Virus record (IMG/VR): IMGVR_UViG_3300025280_000001
Coordinates: 4,524 to 68,523 of that record
Strand: one strand, 5' to 3'
DNA: 64,000 nt
Origin: a virus
The first letter of the stretch is position 1; each line of letters begins with the position of its first letter. The notes under the pieces are model-generated. The model saw only the letters and a program-made list of their open reading frames with translations. It searched no databases and was not told the DNA's origin. Of the stretch, positions 58,259-64,000 are shown piece by piece. A program made the position numbers and the translations under genes.

Positions 58259-59390
58259 CTTTTCTGCTAACACTGCACGACTCTCGCAAGAGAGTATGCT
58301 ATAGCTCACGCTCTCAAGAGGAGTACAGTGTTAGCAGAAGGGAAGAAAGATATGGACAATCGACACTGTCCAAGAAAAGTGTTGGATGCTGACTTGTGAG
58401 GGCGGAACATCCCTAGATCCACAAGGTTCATATCCTAGGTATGAGCAACAACAGCAGTCACAGATTCAAACCACTGTTCCTTCTTGGGTAGCAGCAGAGC
58501 TACCAAGAAGACAACAAGAATATAGGTCTGGAAAGGACCCAGGTTCCTACCTCGGTAGGGAGAAGACTGTTGGCAACGACAGTCACTAATCCGAATTAAC
58601 CTTTCCTGAGGCGCACCTAGTATAAGACAGGTGTGACAGGTGAGACAGATGGGCACTTCCTGCGGGATGCGGTCTGTCCCTGTCCTCATGCACACATGCG
58701 TGTGTGTGTGAGGATAGACACTTTTGATGGACGTTATGATAGTCCGTTAGCTTTACACCAGCTAAAGGTGTAGTTCAAGAGCACAAGATGCTAACTCTTG
58801 GAAGGCAGAAGTATTACGATCCAATGGATGTGACATGGAGGAAACGCCCAGATATGGGAACACACTCCGTCGTTGAAATAATACACGGTGGTCCCCTCAC
58901 ATCCAACTAATAATCGGGGAGTAGCAGTAAGGGTCTCCGTTCGAGTAACCAAGATATTCGGAAGGACTTTGCATCCGTACGCTTGGATATCTGCTACTTC
59001 CCTTTAACTAATGCTCGACGGAGCAGTTCGTGGCTGAATAATCTCTTCAGTAAGGAGATAAGGCACACAGTAGACCGTGGTGGTCTGACCAATGCACATA
59101 ATGTGTGAGGTCATCCTCGTAACTGAGGATAAGGTGATAGATGGTTGTAACAAATAATATTGCTCCTCTGTCTTGTAGGTAATAAAAGAATCCTACCGAA
59201 CACAATATACTTTCTGCTACCTGATCAGTAGTGGGACTGGGATAATGCCCCAGTGCAGATACGTCCAAACTGCGACAACAAAGCGGACGCAATATACAGA
59301 GTTTTTGCTGTGCTGTGACCTCTCTACAAAAGGTGAGATGCTCCGGCTTAGTCCACCATTGTTTAATAGACCATAAACGGACTACAAACT
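58255..59390 (+). ncRNA. candidate large structured non-coding RNA (family not recognised)
   Basis: no credible ORF; roughly 20 back-to-back stems, GNRA loops, + strand G-T wobbles, long-range pairings. Confidence 0.5.
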
Positions 59391-59405
59391 AACAGGAGGT
59401 ATCTT

Positions 59406-59666
59406 ATGACGATGCACACAAGAGGACTGGAATCAGCACCCCCAACAGAGATTATTCAACTAATTGATGGGGAATATGTTAAGAGAGCCCCAACCAAAGA
59501 GGAACTGGCACGTATGCCTGTACTTCAGATGGTAACAGGATTTACGTGTGACCACTGTGGCAGCACAGACGTAGAAGAAACAGGGCTACATAAGAGTAGC
59601 TATGGTCAATGGATAGTAACTAAGTGTGGTAACTGTGATGTTACCGTGATGTACAAGACAGAATAA
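59406..59666 (+). CDS. small Zn-ribbon protein
   Basis: AGGAGG RBS; CDHC...CGNC. Confidence 0.7.
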   Translation: MTMHTRGLESAPPTEIIQLIDGEYVKRAPTKEELARMPVLQMVTGFTCDHCGSTDVEETGLHKSSYGQWIVTKCGNCDVTVMYKTE

Positions 59667-59677
59667 GGAAACAACAA

Positions 59678-60052
59678 ATGGGAATACAATATCCATATGT
59701 AGAGATTGCTGGTGAACCAGAGGTCAGAGGCAAATGCAGAGTCAACCTATGGGCAGGCAATGGTGATTATACTACAGTATACAAGGGTTTAATAAACCAA
59801 GAACAACTAAGGGATACGCTGATGCCTATCCTAAAGCAGTACCCTGCCATTAGAGTGAGGGTAACGGACATTAAAGCTAGTGACAAAGACTATCTCCATA
59901 TCTTTAGGATACGAGATACTCGTGAGGCTGTCACTCCGATACGATCGTTCGTAAGAACACACAATGAGGTACCTAATCCATTCAGAAATCGTAAGCGATA
60001 CCAGATGGTGAACCCAAATGCAACGGTATCCTTTGAGTCCCTTGACCTATAG
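59678..60052 (+). CDS. hypothetical early protein
   Basis: AAGGA RBS, 124 aa. Confidence 0.65.
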   Translation: MGIQYPYVEIAGEPEVRGKCRVNLWAGNGDYTTVYKGLINQEQLRDTLMPILKQYPAIRVRVTDIKASDKDYLHIFRIRDTREAVTPIRSFVRTHNEVPNPFRNRKRYQMVNPNATVSFESLDL

Positions 60053-60138
60053 TTGGGTCTTCAGTATAGGTTAACTATAGTACAGTATTATAGTTTATAA
60101 TCGTATTGTAACAGACTTAACTAAGGAACAAGGAATAC

Positions 60139-60450
60139 ATGAGGCTACTAGGTACAAAAGATAAGATAAGCATGCACCTAGACAGCGGAGAATGGGCTAC
60201 AATAGTAGACATAATTGAAGCAGTATATGGTGAGGCAATACTAGGGAACACAGCTATAGAGAACCTGAGGTACGCTTATGGCGAACCATTGGGCGGACAA
60301 CAGCTAGAGAAACTAGGGAACGCAATAGAACAGTTCATAGAGGACAACGAGTTAGGTCGTGTCGAGATCGGATACCATTCGATAGACACTAAGAGACTAG
60401 AAGACTTCGTTTACTTTATAAGACAAGCAAAGGAGTTTATAATAATATGA
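60139..60450 (+). CDS. hypothetical early protein
   Basis: AAGGA RBS. Confidence 0.65.
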   Translation: MRLLGTKDKISMHLDSGEWATIVDIIEAVYGEAILGNTAIENLRYAYGEPLGGQQLEKLGNAIEQFIEDNELGRVEIGYHSIDTKRLEDFVYFIRQAKEFIII

Positions 60451-60860
60451 ACAAAAATAAAGACGCATATGAGATTGATGGAAGCGTGGCTATCCGAGAA
60501 GATGGATTGATACACATCACGCAAGTAATGGAGGGACAAGAGATTGAATGGGGTATAAAGCCTGTCTTAACATTAGATGAAAGAGAGATTGGTTTGGAGT
60601 CCGTTTTAGGATGGCACTATAAAATAGCAATGAATGATACTGAAGAATGGCATACCTGTATGGTCAAGGATAAAATAGATGCTATGGTAAAGCTACCTTC
60701 ACTGGTAGAAGAACACTACCCATTTGCCTTCCAACCAGACTGGAAAAGTGCTATGAAAGAACTAATCTCTGAAGCATGGGATCATATAGGTTACCCTAAA
60801 GATGTGGCAAATGCTATAAAGAATGAGATATATGAACACCGAAGAGAGGATATCCTATAA
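60447..60860 (+). CDS. hypothetical early protein
   Basis: AAGGAG RBS, ATGA overlap. Confidence 0.65.
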   Translation: MNKNKDAYEIDGSVAIREDGLIHITQVMEGQEIEWGIKPVLTLDEREIGLESVLGWHYKIAMNDTEEWHTCMVKDKIDAMVKLPSLVEEHYPFAFQPDWKSAMKELISEAWDHIGYPKDVANAIKNEIYEHRREDIL

Positions 60861-61162
60861 TGAAAGATATATATATCAAAACAAATAACCCAGATGAAGA
60901 AGAAGATGCTCACTATCTAATAGGATGGATAGCCCAGTGTGCTATGAAGTATGTTATATGTAGAAATTCTGGTGTCTTTACTGATGAATATGATGACAAA
61001 GATAATTGGCTGGAAGATCTAAAGGATGCAACTGAGTCTCTATTAGACTATCGTTGTAACGAACCACCGAAACCAGACCACGTTAGAAAAGGATCATCAT
61101 CTCAACAAGGAACCTTACAAAGTGACGTAGAATATGACGACGAAGGTCATGCCGAAGATTAA
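60860..61162 (+). CDS. hypothetical acidic protein
   Basis: TAATG coupling. Confidence 0.6.
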   Translation: MKDIYIKTNNPDEEEDAHYLIGWIAQCAMKYVICRNSGVFTDEYDDKDNWLEDLKDATESLLDYRCNEPPKPDHVRKGSSSQQGTLQSDVEYDDEGHAED

Positions 61163-61197
61163 CCAGATAATAGAAATAAATATTAGGAGACAGTACA

Positions 61198-61539
61198 ATG
61201 GGACTAGATCAATATGCAATGAGTAGATATGTAGAAAAACCTAGCTTCACATGGCGTAAGCATCCTAACCTACAAGGTTGGATGGAACGACTATGGTTTT
61301 CACGAGGCAATGAAGGTACCTTTAATACGGTACAGCTTCACTTAGGTGAAGAGGAGATTGAGTGGCTTCGTAGAGACATCGAAGCAGGTGATCTTGCTGG
61401 TGAAGATGGTGACACTGAAGGATTCTTCTTTGGTGGTAACTCTGATGAGTACTACAAAGAACAAGACTTACAGTTCTGTGACTGGGCACTAAAGGAAATC
61501 AAAGATGGCAAAGAAGTCATCTATGATTCATGGTGGTAG
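61198..61539 (+). CDS. widespread phage protein of unknown function
   Basis: MGLDQY...WRKHPNLQGWM...GFFFG...YDSWW signature. Confidence 0.75.
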   Translation: MGLDQYAMSRYVEKPSFTWRKHPNLQGWMERLWFSRGNEGTFNTVQLHLGEEEIEWLRRDIEAGDLAGEDGDTEGFFFGGNSDEYYKEQDLQFCDWALKEIKDGKEVIYDSWW

Positions 61540-61542
61540 GCT

Positions 61543-61830
61543 ATGACATGGAATAATATGTGCGGATGGTGTGAAGATACTCTTAGAGAACCTGATTCTC
61601 CTAATGAGCCTTGTCATAGGTGTAGACCCCTTCCTAGTCCTTTAGATGGACTACCAATGGGTGAGCTAAGTAATGAATGTGTAAGTGAATATTTAGATGA
61701 TCCTTGTAATGATGATGCGTTTGGGGCTGCTGAAATGGCAGATGAACCGCCATGCCCTAAGTGTGGTTGCGAAGAGTCGGGCTGTCATGAAACAGGCTGT
61801 CTCTCTGAAGACTGGGAGGATGACTTATGA
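61543..61830 (+). CDS. Cys-rich acidic protein
   Basis: CGWC, CHRC, CPKCGC. Confidence 0.55.
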   Translation: MTWNNMCGWCEDTLREPDSPNEPCHRCRPLPSPLDGLPMGELSNECVSEYLDDPCNDDAFGAAEMADEPPCPKCGCEESGCHETGCLSEDWEDDL

Positions 61831-62024
61831 TAGTATGTAGTGAATGCGGCGGTACTAATATTTCCGAAGGACATATAGCAATGTATGATCCTAATGCTTA
61901 TAACCAAGACATACCTATTTATGGTGGTTTAGACTACCCTTTAGAATATACTTGGTGTTATGATTGTGATCAAGAAAACGTAGACTTTATAGATGAGAGT
62001 GAATATGAATCGAGCGACGAATAA
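61827..62024 (+). CDS. small Zn-ribbon protein
   Basis: CSECGGT...WCYDC. Confidence 0.65.
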   Translation: MIVCSECGGTNISEGHIAMYDPNAYNQDIPIYGGLDYPLEYTWCYDCDQENVDFIDESEYESSDE

Positions 62025-62238
62025 GTTTCACTGTGATCTAAAGAAAAAGGAAATGGATATGAATGAATACGAAAGAATATATAAGAGGTATACCTATGGT
62101 AACCTAGTAGGTATCATCCAAGCTTTTGCTGAAGTATGCTCTGATAGAGCAGCAGATGCTGGCTTTGCTTGTGAACTAGGTAATAACTATGACCCTATCT
62201 TTAACTTTGAGGAAGAAGACGATGAAGAAATGGTATAG
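61993..62238 (+). CDS. hypothetical protein (start uncertain, possibly 62053)
   Basis: ORF in the tandem early-gene array. Confidence 0.5.
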   Translation: MRVNMNRATNKFHCDLKKKEMDMNEYERIYKRYTYGNLVGIIQAFAEVCSDRAADAGFACELGNNYDPIFNFEEEDDEEMV

Positions 62239-62470
62239 AATAGAATTAAATGTAACTAGTACTGAATTCTCAACATGTGAGTGCTATGTCGAGGCAGAGT
62301 CAGAGAGAGAAGCTCATGAAGAGTTTGAGCTGAACCCCGATGCGTATGAATGGGATGACTGGCAGGTTCAGGACAGCGAGATACGTAGCTGGGATGTTTG
62401 GAGTGTAGAGCATGACGAGGGGTATACTAAACATATGGCAGAAGAGGAAACTAAAGATGCAGAAGTATGA
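62222..62470 (+). CDS. small acidic hypothetical protein
   Basis: GAGG RBS; MKKWYRIEL...VEAESEREA. Confidence 0.6.
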   Translation: MKKWYRIELNVTSTEFSTCECYVEAESEREAHEEFELNPDAYEWDDWQVQDSEIRSWDVWSVEHDEGYTKHMAEEETKDAEV

Positions 62471-62675
62471 GTTTACAATAGAAGAACTGAACTGTTATAC
62501 TATAACCTTAGAGGTTGAGCCTAATGAAGACCAAGATCTCGAAAGAGATAGAGCATGGGATACGTTTAATGCTTTGAAGGCTAGATGGTATGACCATCCA
62601 ACTATGATAGAACATGACACACATTGTGACATACAAATGGATGGACCAATGGAGACTATAGATGTTAACGATTGA
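62457..62675 (+). CDS. small acidic hypothetical protein
   Basis: GAGG RBS; MQKYEFTIEE. Confidence 0.6.
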   Translation: MQKYEFTIEELNCYTITLEVEPNEDQDLERDRAWDTFNALKARWYDHPTMIEHDTHCDIQMDGPMETIDVND

Positions 62676-62805
62676 AGAACTAATAATATTACGTGAGGCT
62701 CTTGAGATGTACGCTCAGGGTATACTGAACCGTGAGTTTAGTACACAACTACAAGAGATCGAAAGAAAGCTTAATACTATGATGCAATTCCAAGGGAGTG
62801 GCTGA
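62662..62805 (+). CDS. small hypothetical protein (47 aa, not in ORF track)
   Basis: GGAG RBS; MLTIEELIILREALEMY...; TGATG coupling to the next gene. Confidence 0.6.
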   Translation: MLTIEELIILREALEMYAQGILNREFSTQLQEIERKLNTMMQFQGSG

Positions 62806-63026
62806 TGAAAAGAGTAATACATATTAATCAACATGTGATAAGAAAGAATAGTAAGACTGGTGAACGCCAGCCTGTGATTACTTGTAAGACATACAAGGAC
62901 AACACATACTGTCATGAGCTAGTCATTAATGACCATACCAGGGTGATCTATAGTCCTGATAAACCACTGGCATGTGGTGCTAAGGTATGGATAGAAACAA
63001 CTGAAGAAGTGGAGTGTATAACATGA
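62805..63026 (+). CDS. widespread phage protein of unknown function
   Basis: IHINQHVIRKN...YSPDKPLACGAKVWIET signature. Confidence 0.75.
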   Translation: MKRVIHINQHVIRKNSKTGERQPVITCKTYKDNTYCHELVINDHTRVIYSPDKPLACGAKVWIETTEEVECIT

Positions 63027-63232
63027 AGAAAATAACTGAGCACTGTGACCAGTGTGATGGTACAGATCTATGGCAAGGCTTTGATGTTATGATACCCTTA
63101 GAAAAACTACACGATGGTACATTAACTGCGGATGATTATTCCGATGGTTCTTATAATGAATATGTATGGTGTAACGATTGTGATGATGAGTGTATGATGA
63201 CATATACTAAGGAGGTACCATGCAAGGAGTAA
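63023..63232 (+). CDS. small Zn-ribbon protein
   Basis: CDQCDGT...WCNDC; resembles the 61827 ORF. Confidence 0.65.
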   Translation: MKKITEHCDQCDGTDLWQGFDVMIPLEKLHDGTLTADDYSDGSYNEYVWCNDCDDECMMTYTKEVPCKE

Positions 63233-63393
63233 AGAAGTGGGGCATCATGATTGATGGCAAGTGGTGGATCGAAGAGGATGGTAAGCCTAGTATATACTGC
63301 CTTAAACGTGAGGCAGAGCAAGATGCTGCTGACTTTAACTCAATGCGTAAGAAGGGTGATACACCCTATCAAGTAAGGGAATACAAGAAATGA
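63220..63393 (+). CDS. small hypothetical protein (57 aa, not in ORF track)
   Basis: AAGGAGG RBS; MQGVKKWGIMIDGKWW...; ATGA overlap with the next gene. Confidence 0.65.
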   Translation: MQGVKKWGIMIDGKWWIEEDGKPSIYCLKREAEQDAADFNSMRKKGDTPYQVREYKK

Positions 63394-63572
63394 TACATAA
63401 ACTTTGTGATAAATGTGGCAAGATGGAATCGGTTGATTTTATGTATCGCTTTGACGATGACATCTACTGCGAAGAATGTTGCATTGCCGATGAAATGGCT
63501 TTTGAAAAGAAATGTCGGCATTGGTTACTTAAAAAAGAATTGCCCAATGAGAAAGGTGAATACAAGAAATGA
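63390..63572 (+). CDS. small Zn-binding protein
   Basis: CDKC...YCEEC. Confidence 0.6.
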   Translation: MIHKLCDKCGKMESVDFMYRFDDDIYCEECCIADEMAFEKKCRHWLLKKELPNEKGEYKK

Positions 63573-63775
63573 AATTACAAGTAGATGTAGAACTATATGA
63601 TATAGCTGAAGAGGTATTAGATATCATCGAAAAGAATGGAGATATCGAATTGCTTTGTGATGCTGAGATAACTAGACAGTTCGAGACAATCCAAAAGGAA
63701 CTCGAAGGTATACTCAAGCAGTACCTTAAGGAACTGTTTGATAAGTACTACCTAGAATCAGGAGAACGCAGATGA
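63569..63775 (+). CDS. hypothetical acidic protein
   Basis: ATGA overlap. Confidence 0.6.
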   Translation: MKLQVDVELYDIAEEVLDIIEKNGDIELLCDAEITRQFETIQKELEGILKQYLKELFDKYYLESGERR

Positions 63776-64000
63776 ATGAATTACAATACGTTCATGAAGA
63801 GGATATACGTGAACAAGTGGAAAGTGACTGCCGATTTGACATAGAAGACTATGGTATAGGTTGCTATGAGTGTGGTGATGGAAAATTTACTGATAAAAAC
63901 CTAAGATTGTCCTTGACATCTCAAGAAATTGTGGTACAATACCCTATAGATACAGAAAGTGTGATCTATACAAGAGTACAAGGATGTTATTACTTTATGG
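63772..64000 (+). CDS. hypothetical protein, 3' truncated by window
   Basis: AGGAG RBS, ATGA overlap, open to the window end. Confidence 0.6.
   Translation, partial: MNELQYVHEEDIREQVESDCRFDIEDYGIGCYECGDGKFTDKNLRLSLTSQEIVVQYPIDTESVIYTRVQGCYYFM

Noticed and set aside
57900-59000. tRNA-like GTTCG/GTTCA motifs, and group I/II intron possibility
   Set aside because: No T-arm or acceptor-stem cloverleaf, no domain-V or P7 signature, and no interrupted gene.
58386-59292. ORFs 58386-58589, 58435-58695 and 59047-59292
   Set aside because: No convincing RBS or protein-like features; they overlap the dense stem network.
60042-60070. TTGACC-17-TATAGG sigma70-like promoter
   Set aside because: It lacks the critical final T of the -10 box; kept only as context for the 16-bp repeat.
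5322-62915. Numerous minus-strand and nested alternate-frame ORFs in the track
   Set aside because: They are shadows of well-supported + strand genes, with no convincing RBS or recognisable motifs.
1-64000. CRISPR array, integrase, stop-codon recoding
   Set aside because: No regularly spaced repeats or recombinase motifs; long genes read intact in the standard code and all three stop codons are used.

Overview
The window is most of a T7-like podophage (Autographivirales-like) genome, with nearly all genes on the + strand. It appears circularly permuted, with a probable genome-end junction near 54.9 kb. Order: C-terminus of a canonical T7-type RNA polymerase (1-284); replication/nucleotide module (SSB, RusA, primase-helicase, sulfotransferase-like, PolA, kinase, exonuclease, class II RNR); portal, accessory structural genes, scaffold, major capsid, tail tube A/B, beta-helix tail fiber; terminase; a block of probable ejection proteins ending in a 5565-aa giant; a GC-richer, hairpin-dense segment (54.9-59.4 kb); then many small early genes. 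The main finding is three different single-subunit (T7-superfamily) RNAP catalytic domains in one phage: (1) the canonical one, (2) an N4-vRNAP-like domain inside the giant protein, which also carries nested DEDDy and PD-(D/E)XK nuclease domains, and (3) a divergent, N-terminally short 654-aa RNAP. The third is preceded by a structured leader and followed, after two small genes, by a ~1.1-kb densely base-paired non-coding region that is a candidate large ncRNA. All calls come from reading motifs by eye; no searches were run.
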